Assembly (NCBI RefSeq): GCF_963921235.1
Contig: NC_086121.1
Coordinates: 26,784,001-26,848,000 of the forward strand
DNA from: Mobula hypostoma
Taxonomy: Eukaryota
Length of the DNA stretch: 64,000 bases
Direction: 5' to 3'
A program made the translations under genes and the position numbers. The notes under the pieces are model-generated. The model searched no databases. It was not told where the DNA came from and saw nothing but the letters and a program-made list of their open reading frames with translations. Of the stretch, positions 24,136 through 36,682 are shown one piece after another; positions within the stretch are counted from its first letter, which is position 1; each line of letters begins with the position of its first letter.

Positions 24136-25239
24136 CATGGAGCATAAAATTAATGTACTTGGAATGAGTTACCAAGAACAAAACTGAAGGCCCTTGCTCC
24201 TGAAGTGCACAAAGTCACTCATTAGGACCTCTTGATTAACATTACCATCCAGGTCAGTGGAACAGGGAATTACACTGGTGATGGGTCATAGTCGCTAAAT
24301 TTTCTATGGTGCTAGTACCCAAATTTCATTAATGCTGAAGGTTGTGGGTGAGTTGTAAACTTGGATGGGTCAATGTTTTCTGCACTACTGGAAATTCTCT
24401 GACCAGCTTCTCAGTTTCACACAATCTGCTGTAGGAACTCAGTAGGTCAAGCAGTATCTGTAAAAGGAATTGTTAATGTTTCGGGTCAAAAATTGACAAC
24501 GTCACACATCCCACAGATGCTGCTCAACCACTGAGTTCCTCTGGCACGTTGTCTGTTGCTGCAGCATTTGCTGTGCCTTTTGTCTCCAGCTCCTCAGTTT
24601 TTCTCTGATCCTGAGGAGCTGGCTGACAATCAGTCAGTCCAACACTTGGCATCGGATCCTCAGGCAAGAAGCTGTCTCTTAATTAAGAATCTGTGCAGAA
24701 GTTGGGAGAAGAAAGGTCAATCTCCTTGGAAGGGAATCACTGCCTTCCTACAATACCTTTCAACAACAGAGACGACAGTACAGGGGTGGCAAACTGACAC
24801 CAAAGCCCCGAGGATTGTTGGACAGGTGATGTGTTACGATCATCACCTGGGATTCATTTTAAGGTGCAGATTGATACATCATCAGCAACCGTCGTACAAA
24901 TTAATTTTAGAGCAAAGATGAACCTGGCAAAGATTTCACAGCCAAAATAAGAACAAGGCAGATCACTGCCGACTGCACTTCAAAGGGTGATAGTCATTTC
25001 AGCACAGGCCATTTACTGTTCTTCCAGCCAAGCAAAGGCAAGAAACAAAGCTCTGATTGATCATGTCAAGCAACAAGTAGTTCTTTCTAGAACGTCGCCA
25101 ACTCATGCAGCCTCTGCAGAAACTCTTGTGTCCTATTGGAAGTGCCAAATACTTGTTGATACTGAGAAAGCTGCCTGCAGTGTAGAGACCCCTGATAGTA
25201 ACCTCTCTGCCTGGAACTGCGTTTCTTATGTTGCAGGTA

Positions 25240-25570
25240 TGTTAGACCATTCAGCATGCTCTGCCATTCCATCCTGGCTGACTTATTATCCCTCTCAACC
25301 CCATTCTCCTGCCTTCTCCCCATAACCTTCGACACACACACACACTAATCAAGAACCTACCAACCTCCGCTTTAAGTATACTCAAAGTCTTTGGCCCCCA
25401 CAGCCGTCTGTGGCAATGAATCCCACACATTCACCACCCTCAGGTTAAAGAAATTCCTCATCATCTCTGTTCTGGAGAGACGCCTTTCTATTCTGAGGCT
25501 GTGCCCTCGGACTCCCACACCATAGGAAACACCCTCTCCACAGCCACTTGATCTAGACTTTTCAATGGAA
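25240..25570 (-). mobile_element. CR1 LINE 3' fragment
   Basis: ORF RGHSLRIERRLSRTEMMRNFFNLRVVNVWDSLPQTAVGA. Confidence 0.8.
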
Positions 25571-27839
25571 GGTATTATGTGAGCTCCACCAACCGTGGAC
25601 ACCCAAATGTCTCATTCACACAAAACCAAGATTTGGGGACAACAAAAAAAAAGGGAGATGTTCCTTTAAACAGATTATAGTTCAATAATTGAAAATTGAA
25701 AATAGCAATTGAAAATAGAACTACAGAAGCTGCAAATTAAAACAGATGCTGTAAACACTCAGCTGATTAGAGAAAGAGAAATAGAGTTAAACATTCCCAG
25801 TTAAAGACCCTTATCACACACTTCGAAGAAGCATTGAACTGAAATTGCTAACTCTGCAGCTCTTTCCACAAATGCCGCCTGACCTGCTGAGTGCTGATAG
25901 TATTTCTGTTTTAACCTTTAGCGAAGTAGCATGCAGGATAATTTCTCACCTCCATTAAGGGCTACAAACTTTAAGACTTAGGGAATGAGAAGAGCAACTT
26001 GAAAGGTGCCCAAACAATAGTCTGTGCGAGGAATTGAACCATGTCTCGTGTTGCAGCTTGCATTGCTGTATAGTATTCCAAGCGCCAAAGTGTTCTAAGC
26101 CTTGCATCTCCTCTGTTGTATCTCACTACAAACCTACTTAACACGTTCTGAACCCCAAAGATGCCAAGTTGATAATCCACCTGCCAGACTCTCCACCAGC
26201 CCGCCCATTTGGCTCATTCCTAGTTTTTTTTAAAAAGAGGAAGCTGCATCAGGAACAAGCTCCACCTCATCCCTGCCCAGTTGCCCTCCTTGATCTCCCT
26301 GGTTCTCCTTGGTCTCCATTCTATTTGATCTTTTACTTCCACCTTCGCTCAGTTGCTGCACAGCCTGGGAATCACCCTCTTTTGTTCTCCAGTGCTCTGG
26401 ATCCCCAAAATCAACCTCAAAACTATCACAATTTCTGACACTCTCTCATGGTGGAGAACTTGCTTTATTACCTCTTCATCTCCTTGGATAGAATGCCCTA
26501 AATCAATGATAACCTATTTCGGTGACCCCCGTCAGTACAGCCACCCTCCTCCCAAAAAACTGGCACCCATCCTCATATATCCTACAATCCACATGGCTCA
26601 CTTCCACCAACTAAAGTGAACAAATGTGATTATCCCTGCAGCATAATCAAAATTCAATTGAGTAGCCCAAGAATTATGTACACCCTGTGATTAACTTTAC
26701 TCAAAGTCTCACTGTTGAATATGACCACATGCCCACTGCCTCCAATAAGGTCCATGGTTTTGCTTTGCATCTTCAATGGGTGTGATTGGATGTTCAGAGG
26801 ATTGCACTACAACCAAGTTGTGCACACAAAATGTTGGGACCCATTTCCACAAAACTCACTAGTTCATGGGTATCCAACACCCTATACAGGTGATTACATT
26901 CTACCCAGTGGTTCAACTATTCTTTGAGACACTACATCAGGTCTCGCTATGGCAACTGACAATCTGCCAGTTTCCCTTTGCCCAACTGTCCTGGAAAGTT
27001 TAACTCACTTAACTGAAGTTAAATGCCAGTTTAACTCAACAGTAATAGCAGGGCTAGGATTTCTAGGCTCAAGTGGTTCAGCCTGTTCCTGCCACACTTA
27101 TTGCATCCACTCCCAGATCTCTTACATGCACACATTTTGAATATTCAGAAGTCAATCCCAAAGAACACATTTTGACATGAACTGTCAACTATTTGTTCCC
27201 CACAGGTAAACATCTGCTATGTTAAATATTTGCACCAAGATTTTTTTGTTTCCAGATTTCTAATCTCTGTAGTTATTGATGAAGGCTTCTGATACATTAA
27301 CCCTGTTCCTCTCTCCACAAATGCTGCCCAACCTGTTGAGAATTGTCAGCACCTTCTAGTATTTCATTGTATAGATACTGTATATGCTCAGCAAGGAAAC
27401 AGCCTCAAAAGAAACTGTACAGAAGTGTTCGTCATACAGTATTGAAGGGGTTACTAACGGTATGGAACCATTGTTTACTCAACAGGGATGAAAGTAATTC
27501 TCAGGATAAATGCATAGAAATGCCAAAACAAAAACAGAAGAGATGGAAATATCCAGCATCTGTAGAAAAAGAAACGGAATTAACCTTACAGCTCCAAGAC
27601 CCTTCCTCAGAATTTTCTGATTTTATTTTAGATTTTCAGCCAGTTTTTTTTTGCTTTACTTTACGTGCAGAAATTCGATGCATTTATTCATTATTGTTCT
27701 CCTGCTGGGGTCCTTGTAATTAAGCAAAGAAGGGGTTACTTTCTCTTCAGATTTTATTCAAAAATAGCCTATCTATTTACGAGCAATTTGAACGGGCTTG
27801 GTGCCACTCGTGGTGTGATTACAAGATCAACCTAGTACT

Positions 27840-30800
27840 GCATAACCGATTTCAAAACACGTCCCGTTCCGAAATGCTTCACCCGGGAAGACTCCAGCGG
27901 GGTAAATCTCGCAAGCATGCACACTGAAAGACAGCATTCCCCATGCAGAGTTCAGAGCTGCTGAAACAAGATCACCACCTACTCTGGCGATCCAAGTCAG
28001 CGGTGGCCCGAGGGCAGACAATGGGCAAGCACCGTCTCTACTCTGGTAGTCCACCGCAGCACTGAGGTGGCACCCACCCAGATCAGAGTTACAACTAAGA
28101 GCAGGTTCCTCTACTCCAGTCCCAAGGCATCACACCCTCCCTCATCCAAGTAACTGTGCAGCTCACTACAGCCTCTGGAATCCTGCTGGGTACTACAGAC
28201 TGGTCGGGGAACTGCCGTTTCAAGGGCGCGCTTTGTGTTTAAGAAGGGGCTGCACAAGCTAATCCAGATCAGAGACTTCGAGTCTCCTATTGTGAAGGGC
28301 AGGAGCCCATAGTCGAAGGCTCACTATGTTGTCCTGGATGCATTTCCAGCATCGCTGCCAATGATGACAAATGGGACTCCAGGACGCTTAAAGTGTTAGG
28401 GTTCACGTGCAGCGGATTTCCTGCCATCCCCTCTCTCGGCTCCCGGTGACAGACAGCGGCTCACCCCTGCTTTGGGGATGTTCCCTCCTCCCCCCCCGAC
28501 ACGGCCACAGTGGGGCAGCTGAGAGCTCCGAGCAGACACAGTGTGAATGAACACCACCCCGTTTAACGCTGGCCGGACACCCGAGTTCGCGCTGGGGTTT
28601 GAATGGAAGGTCAAGTCCAGCCCACGAACTGTGAGCGGGAAGGGAATTCATCTCAAATCTCTCAGTACCAGAAGTGCGGGAAAGAATGGGGAGCAACGGA
28701 CTGACCCTAACAAAAGATCGTTCTATGCGAATTCCAAACTGTTGTACGGCTCTTTGTGGAATTATGTCAACGTTACTTGTTGACAGACGCAAGTGAAGAA
28801 AGTCCACGAACTGCGAATTAAGTACAGCTGAAGCTGGCGTCTCGTAGTCCTATCTGGGAAGAAGGGTGGGCGGCGAGAAGGAATCCCAGTTCCCTCATGA
28901 CCTTCTGTAAACTAGAATCTAATTTGTGGTTTCCTTTTCTGAGCACTTTCCCACAAAACGGAAGAGAGGGGAGTGACTAAATCGCTGGTAGCGGCATACC
29001 GCGGGTTACTGACGTTCCCGCTCACTCCGAGTAGCATCTCTTCCCCCAGCCCGGCACACACACACAGCCGCGGGAGAAAGTTAACTTCCAGCGACAAAGG
29101 AAAACCCACAACAATTCCAGCTTCAGCCCGGCACCATTCCAACCTGCTCGGCACTAGGATTTCCTTTCGAATTCCTGGGAGCATCCAGGAATATTTTTTT
29201 AAATACATCCAGGAATGAGGATATCCTCTCCAAGAGGAGTGGTGGGGGGAGGGGGGGAGGGAGGGAAAGAAACAGCAAACATGCAAATATAAACCGGTCG
29301 ATTCTTTAATGCATAGTAATAAAGCAATTAACTCTTTCGAGATCACGCAGCTCGAGTACGTTAACCCAAACGCTGCTCCAGCTGGACCAGAGATGGGCAA
29401 GCGTCCACGATCCCAGAATGTGCTGGGAGGTCAGAGCTTAAAGAGTTAATACTGGGGATGGTGGGCAAACGGGGTGAATACATGCAAAATGCCTTCCCCC
29501 GCCACCACCACACACACACTGCAGCTGAACAATCACGCGGGTCATCCAGCTTTCCCGAACACATTCTTCAGGAGACACTGGACCGGGGTCGCCGCGTTCT
29601 CAGGGCTCCGCTCCTCCCCTGGTTACACATACCCGCTACACATCTCCTTTACTCCCTTTAACTCCCATTTCTCATCCCTACATGCCCCGGCCCCTATCGT
29701 CCTTGTTCTCACGTTCCTGCTCCCCACCCTACCCCTGCTTCCCAGCCCCTCTCCCTCATCCCTACTCTCCTCCTCACTTCTCGGCTCTCCAGACCCTCCT
29801 GCCTCTTTCCTTGTTCCTATGTCCCTCTACCCAGCTCCTCTCTCCATAATTCTGCCTCATCGCCCCAACGTCCCGCCAGTTCTTCTTCCCATGTCCCCCT
29901 CAGTCCCCAATCCCCTGAACCCCTTTAACCCTAAGCCCCATATGATGTCCTCCCCAGTTCACTCTGCGCCTATTTTCCGTCCCCCCCCCCTCTCTCTCTC
30001 ACCATTGACTTCCCTGCTGTTCCCCCTCCTCCGATCTGACCCCCGATTCTTCCCACTCCTCCAACCCTGCTTCCTCCCCTCGGATGTCTCGCCCCCCCCC
30101 CAAACCGCTGCCCCGCTCCTACCTTCTCCGTGCTTGGTATCCATGCCGGCGCAGTCCGCCCCGGGGCTGAGCTCGGCCAGTCTCCGGTTGGTGGCCGTCA
30201 GCTCCGCTCTCAGACTGGACACCTCGCGGCTGGCCGACTGGACGGCCACATCGATCTTCGCCGCCAGCTGCTTATTGTCTTCCATAGTCGTGAGGATCTT
30301 GGCCTGTGGAGAAAGACATGGTGGTCAGCAGCGTCGCCGGCGAGAGGGGAGCGCGTCCCCAGCACTAGCGCTCAGCGGCAGCCATTCCCCCCACACGCAT
30401 CTGGCCCAGGACACGCCTGCTCCTTTAAATGGACACGACCAACCCCGGCCAGGGACTCTTCACGCTCGCAAAACAATACAAGTCTCTCCCACCCCTCTTC
30501 ACAAGCCGCATCCCTGCGCAGAACAGACAAAACCAGATTCATTTGTGAGCTGGAGTGATTTCCTCGGCCACTTTCTATTTCCCATTCATCTTAATTCCAA
30601 AGTAACTCACCCTTCCCCCTGCCCTCTCGGCTGGTGTAGTATTCCGAGTCCTGCTGTAATCCCTGGTAACAATGCTCCACAGATGCTAGCCTGCCTCATT
30701 TGCTTCGCAAATTCACTGAGGCATGTAGCAAGCTGGCGAAATCGGGCTCTCTGCACACTTCACATCCACCTGCTTCTGTTTGTTAAACGCACGCACACAT

Positions 30801-31100
30801 ACACGAATACTGCACCTTCCTCCTCGCGTTGCACGTTAGTAATAGACCAGCGCACCTCATTACCTGCTGCATTATAGATGGGAACTCACTGCTGGGACAG
30901 GGATGGGGGGCGGGGGGGGAGAGACACTTCGCTCTCCCTGATTGATCGCCTCTGGCCTCAATATATCGCCTGCTCTTTTTTTCCCTCACATCTGATCCTC
31001 CGCATTATAATGTTGGATACAGGCTCTATATTACGCATGGATTCTGTGCTGGATGCCAGTGTCGCGATCGATGCGTTCTCTCATTTCTTGGAGTGCTCTC
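27840..31100 (-). promoter_or_regulatory. CpG-rich island / probable internal KAZN promoter
   Basis: CpG density is visibly far above the rest of the window and the segment lacks obvious transposons; it surrounds the KAZN ATG-containing exon. Confidence 0.65.
30123..30303 (-). CDS. KAZN: Kazrin (periplakin-interacting protein) coding exon, N-terminal coiled coil; ATG at 30285
   Basis: Translates AKILTTMEDNKQLAAKIDVAVQSASREVSSLRAELTATNRRLAELSPGADCAGMDTKHGE, matching the kazrin N-terminus as I recall it (MEDNKQLALRIDGAVQSASQEVTNLRAELTATNRRLAELS). Phase-0 acceptor ctgac...tctttctccacag|GCC; phase-1 donor AAG|gtagga. Confidence 0.92.
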
Positions 31101-32142
31101 AACAGTGTATGCAGAATTCCCTAACGCTGTTCTTTCTCCCCCCAATTCCCAAACCCAATTTCTTGGCTTGTGTTTGCAAATCAGCGGGAGAGGTTCGGAG
31201 AGGAACTGGTCACAAAGGTTACAGCTGGCAGAGATGAGTGAGAACAGGTTATGACAGAAAAGCAAAGAGTGCGAATGAACAGATCCTTCTAGGGGTGGCA
31301 GGCTGTAACTAGAGCCGGGGGGGGGGCCTGGGGGTCATCAAAGTCCTACACAAATTCAGTGCTCACATTTTTAGGTAATAAAGCCAACATTCCAATTGTC
31401 TTCCTAATACTAATTTGCAGCTGGGTTTGGGTGATGTGTGCACAAGAAAACCCTAGGTCCCTTTAATCAACATTACCTAATCCCTCACCATTAAAAAAGC
31501 AGTTTGACCTTCCATTTTGTGCATAAAGTGGATAACTTCACATTTTTCCACTTTATGTCAAATCCACCATGTATCTTACACACTCACCCAGCTTGGCCCT
31601 ATCCCCTGGAAATATCTTTACATTTTTCTCCCAACTCACAATCCCATCAGTCAGCTTGGAAATATGACCTTTGGTTTACAATGTCATTGGAATAGACTGT
31701 GAACAGCCGGCTTTCAAGCATTGTGGAAAGTAGCATTTCCAAAAGTATTTTAGTTCAAGAATGTAGATATTATTGATCAGTGTATCCAAGTGCAGCAGTG
31801 GGTAACACAGAGCCGACCTGCTTTTACTCAAGGACTGTTATGGAATCTTCCCCATTTTTCTGAGAGCCCCTTTCTTTGGTGCCTTGTCAAAGGAAGGATG
31901 TGCTCGCGTTGGAGATGGTCCAGTGGAGGCTCATGAGAATGATCCGGGGAATGAAAGGGTTAATGTGGAGTGTTTGGCAGCTCTGGGCCTCTACTCGCTG
32001 GAGTTTAGAAGAATGAGGGGGAGATCTCTTTGAAATTTGCTGAATGTTGAAAGGCCTAGAACGAGATGGTGTGGATGTCGAGAGGACATTTCCTATAGTG
32101 TGGGAGCCTAGGACCAGAGGAAAGAGCCTCATAATAGAAGGA

Positions 32143-32306
32143 CGCAAACAACAGGAATTCTGCAGATGCTGGAAATTCAAGCAACACACATCAAAGTTGC
32201 TGGTGAACGCAGCAGGCCAGGCAGCATCTCTAGGAAGAGGTACAGTCGATGTTTCAGGCCAAGACCCTTCGTCAGGACTAACTGAAGGAAGAGTTAGTAA
32301 GAGATT
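32143..32306 (-). mobile_element. Solo PLE terminal-repeat unit with hammerhead motif at 32244-32279
   Basis: Minus strand AGUC CUGACGA A GGGUCUUGGCCU GAAA C AUC GACU; very similar to 48002-48150. Confidence 0.85.
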
Positions 32307-32367
32307 GTAATAGGAGAATGTTCTTTTGCAACAGAAATGAGGAGAGATTTCTTTAGCCTGAGGGTGA

Positions 32368-32632
32368 TACAGTGCAGAACCGGCCCTTCCAGCCCAACAA
32401 GCCATACCACCCAGCAACCAGCCGATTTAACCCTTGATGAATACACAAATTATAATGACCAATCAACCTACCAACCGGTACGTCTTTGGACTGTGGGAGG
32501 AAACTGGAGCACCCAGAGGAAACCCATGCAGTCACGCGGAGAACGTACAAACTCCTTACAGACGGCACCAGAATTGAACTCTGAACTCTGACTCCCTGAG
32601 CTGTAGTAGTGTCGTGCTACTGTGACACCCTA
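32368..32632 (-). mobile_element. V-SINE (HE1-like tRNA-derived SINE)
   Basis: Minus strand gagttcaattc B-box, then ggtttcctctgggtgctccagtttcctcccacagtccaaagacg...ttggtcattataa V-domain. Confidence 0.8.
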
Positions 32633-32844
32633 AATATATGGAATTCCACAGGTGGCCGTGGAGGCCGACATTGGGCATATTTAAGGTGGAGGTTAATAGG
32701 TTCTTGATTAGTAAGGGTGTTAAAGGTTACAGGGCGAAAGCAGGAGAATCATGTTGAGAGGAATAATAAATCAGTTATGATCAAATGGTGGAGGAGACTC
32801 GATGCTGCTCCTGAGTCTTAATCATCTTAAGAGAGGACAGATCG

Positions 32845-33498
32845 CTGAGACTCTAACCTGGTCCCAGCATGTCGATGCAGCTATAAAGAAGGCAAGTCAG
32901 CAGCTATATTTCATTAGGAGTTTGAAGAGATGTAGTTTGTCAACTAAAATACTCAAAAACTTCTATAGCTGTACCTTGGAAATCATTCTGACAGGCTGCA
33001 TCAGTGCCTGGTATGGGGGGTGGGGGGGGGGGCTACTGCACAGGACTGAAAGAAGCTACAGAATGTTGTAAAATTAGTCAGCTCCATCTTGGGTACTAGC
33101 CTTCGTAGTACCCAAGACATCTTCAAGGAGCAGGGCCTCAGGAAGGCAATGCCCATTACTAAGGACCCCCATCATCCAGGACATGTCCCCTTCTCAATGT
33201 TACCATCAGGAAGGAGGTGCAGAAGCCTGAAGGCACACACTCAGAGCAATTCAAGAACAGCTTCTTCCCCTCTGCCATCCGATTCCTAAATGGACATTGA
33301 ACCCATGAACACTAGCTCACTTTTTAAAAATATATATCATTTCTGTTTTTGCACTATTTAAAGTCTATTCAATATACGTGTACTGTAATTGATTTACTTA
33401 TTTTTTTCTTTCTATACTTTCATGTATTGCATTGAACTGCTGCTGCTAAGTTAACAAATTTCACAACACAAGCGAGTCATAATAAACCTGATTCTGAC
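32845..33498 (+). mobile_element. Rex1/Babar LINE 3' fragment
   Basis: LTWSQHVDAAIKKASQQLYFIRSLKR...; tail aataaacctgattctga. Confidence 0.85.
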
Positions 33499-35184
33499 AG
33501 AAAGGATCTTGAATGAGAATTGCTCAGGGAAAGAAGGGAGATGGTGAGATTTTTTTTTCTGTGCTCTATTGAAAGAATCAAATTGACTTCCACACCTTGG
33601 TGCTACTTGCTGGCTGATTCAGTGAGGACACTACAAGGGTAAGGGTATGTTGAGGTTCCCCTCCAGGTGAGTGTCCACTGAAAACTGAAAATGCCCATGG
33701 CGACTTTCCAATCAAATTACCAAGAAATCTGGTCATTCCTGGGGTGGGCAATGAATTCTTTTTAGTGAGTTCTCACTTAGAGGTGGCTGTTAAAATTTTC
33801 TTTTTTCCCACTGGCTCCAACCCCACCCCTGCATTGGCCCTTACTCTGACCCACAATGTAGAACTATTAGCAGTACTGTGATAATGAGACACTTTAAAGG
33901 GAGGTGAAGTGGATATTGTTGGGGCCAATAGTAATGTCATGGCTGTCCTAATACTTTCCCACGTACAGCTCTATGCGGCACCAGCCCCACGCTATGTAGG
34001 CCGCTAGGGAAAGTGCCTTGTTTTCCACAAGATTCCACACAGATGCATGTGTGACACATACTTACACACACTCATATACACACTGCATACATTCTCACAC
34101 ATCCATTCACAACACTCTGCCGCTCACTAACTCACTACATCCACACACTCAGTACTGCAGCCAGTCAGCAGACACACATACACACATTCTCATACACAGA
34201 TGGAATAGGAATCAGAATCAGGTTTAATATTTCCAGCATCTGCAGATTTCCTCGTGTCCGTGTTGTGAAATTTGTTGTCTTTACGGCAGCGGTCCAGTGC
34301 AATACATAATAATAAAGGGGGAAAGACGTGAATTACAGTAAATATATATATATAGAGTTACAAGTAGTGCAATTTTGTTAAAAATTAAAACAAGTAGTGG
34401 GGTACTCTGGACACTGCAGTAATACAAGGTGGCAGTTTCCAACCATTTATGCAGGGAAATTAGGATTAGGAAATTTAAAAAATCACCATGCCATTGATAT
34501 CAAAATAATGCAAAATTTAAACAAAACTCAGCGCAGTTCATTTGTCCTCACACTCAATTCTTATCACGCACACAACCAGAGCCATGTCCCCACACTTGCA
34601 CAAGCCCACCCGCCTGCACCTCAACCTCTCACTCACAGTCCTAAAGAACAGTCATGTACCTACCCACTCCCCCAGACCCTGGACTTGTCACTACAGCCAT
34701 TCACCTCTTCCACACACTCCCATTGAAGATGACTGGCAACAAGAGAGTGGAGGACGAGGCTTAGAGGGGATATGAAGGGAACGTTTCTCACACGGAGAGT
34801 GGCTGATATCTGGAACACACTGTCAGAGAAACTGGTGCAGGCAGATGCAATCACATTTAAGATGCAATTGGAGAGGCAGTCGAATAGCTAAGGCATAAGA
34901 GGCTATAAACCCAATGCTGATTAGTCTGGACGGGTACCACAGTCGGCATGGGCCAAAGAGTCTGTTTCTGTGCTGAACGTGGTGAATAGTTAACAGGCCT
35001 GTAATGGAAACAGGACTATAGATCAAAAGGACCAGTAAAGGACTCATTCACTCTACTTACCAGTAGGAGAGGGGAAAAGGAGGAAAACCTCACCCAATAG
35101 CCCCCATCCCCTTCACCTTCGCCACTTTATTTGCCTGGAACTCAGGAGAAGAAAGAATCAGATGCTATGGATGTGGCTCATAAA

Positions 35185-35820
35185 ATCAGAATTAGATTTA
35201 TTATCTCTGATTTATATGATGTGAAAATTGCTGCTTTTTTACAGTGCAAAGACATGAAATTACCATAAATTACAAAATAAATAAACGGCAAAATAAGGAA
35301 GGATGAGGCGGTCTTCATGGACTGCTCAGAGATATGATGGCAGAGGGGAAGAAGCTATTTCTGGATCACTGAGTGTGGGTCTCCAGACTCCTGCACCTCC
35401 TCCCTGAAGGTAGTAGCAAGAATACGGCACGTCCTGGATGGTGAGGTTCCTCAGTGATGGATGCCATCTACTTCAGTCAGCATCTCTCCAAGATGTCCTT
35501 GATGGTGTAGAGGATTGTGCCCAAGATGGTGCAGACTGAGTCAGCAGCATCCTGCAGCCTCTTGCAATCCTGTGCAGTGGATCCTCCACTCCATGCAACC
35601 AGTCAGAAAGCTCTCCACGGACAAGATGTAGAAATTTGTAAGGGTCTTTGGTGATATACTAAATCTTCTCAAACTCCTAATGAAGTAAACCTGCTGGTGT
35701 GCCTTCTTCATGACTACATTAACCTGTTAGCCCCAGCGCAGTACCTCCAAGATGCTGATGCCCAGGAACTTGACCTCCTCCCGCTGAATGAAGCTTCTCT
35801 TGGCAACCATGTGTATGTCC
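35185..35820 (-). mobile_element. Rex1/Babar LINE 3' fragment
   Basis: Starts with reverse-complement tail atcagaattagatttatt; degenerate ORF C-terminus on the minus strand. Confidence 0.7.
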
Positions 35821-36261
35821 CCACCTCATGCAGAGGGATGAACAGAGAGCCTGGCTGTTTCTACAGGTAGGGCCACCTTTTTGGCCTTTCCTACTGAGGG
35901 GCCAAAACCCATGTAAGAACCTGCCAGGAGTGAGTGCAAAACGGACATGGGCCTTACGCTGAAATAATATAAATCTTGCAAGGAAGTAGAATGATATGTA
36001 TTGCGCTGTGAATAGCACATTCAAATAAAGTGTACTATACATTTCCAAATTCATGCTCCTTTATTAGAGACGAGCTGGTGACACAGTATGCTACCAGGTA
36101 ACCAGTTCAAAAGTCACTGTACTCAGTGTGGTCAGCTTAGACCTCACATCAACATAAAAATGAGTCTTTATACCCAATAAATAATTTAGAATCGTCGAGG
36201 CAGAGAGAATCAGAACAGAAACAGGTCCTTGGCTGCGAACCTGCCAACATCAACATTAATC

Positions 36262-36682
36262 TCACTGCCCTCCACCCAGGCCGTGCTCTCTTCCCACCGC
36301 TGCCATCAGGTAGAAGGTACAAGAGCTTCAGGACTCGCACCACCAGGTTCAAGAACAGTTACTACCCCTCGACCATCAAGCTCTTGAATAAAAGGGGTTA
36401 ACCCCACTCACTTGCCCTATCATTGAAATGCTTCCCACAATCAATGATCTCACTCTAAGGACTCTATATCTCATTATCTCATGCTCTCATTATTGAATGC
36501 TATTTATTTATATTTGCACTTGAACAGTTTGTTGTCCTCTGTACTCTGGTTGATCTTTCACTGATCCTGTTTACAGTTACTATTCTATAGATTTGCTGAG
36601 TATGCCCACAGGAAAGGGAATCTCAGGGTTGTGTGTGGTGACGTGTGTGTACTTCGCTAATAGCATTTACTCTGAACTTTGA
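36262..36682 (+). mobile_element. Rex1/Babar LINE 3' fragment
   Basis: cacccaggccgtgctctcttc...aggttcaagaacagttactacccc; tail tttactctgaactttga. Confidence 0.75.

Larger units (their letters stand above)
31886..32815 (+). mobile_element. CR1 LINE 3' fragment hosting two nested insertions
   Basis: RKDVLALEMVQWRLMRMIRGMKGL...LYSLEFRRMRGRSL...; interrupted at 32143-32306 and 32368-32632. Confidence 0.8.

Noticed and set aside
1-30122. Next KAZN coding exon (VLLREEV...-like)
   Set aside because: No minus-strand match found by eye; it probably lies beyond the window, although a small exon could have been missed.
29959-30285. 108-aa ORF as a complete single-exon gene
   Set aside because: Kazrin similarity stops before the donor at 30122; the Gly/Arg-rich remainder is intron read-through.
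29474-30877. 467-aa plus-strand ORF
   Set aside because: Pro/Leu/Ser low-complexity product of a C/T-rich, stop-poor strand antisense to the KAZN exon; non-ATG start and no recognisable domain.
32560-32632. tRNA gene
   Set aside because: The B-box belongs to a tRNA-derived SINE head; no cloverleaf.
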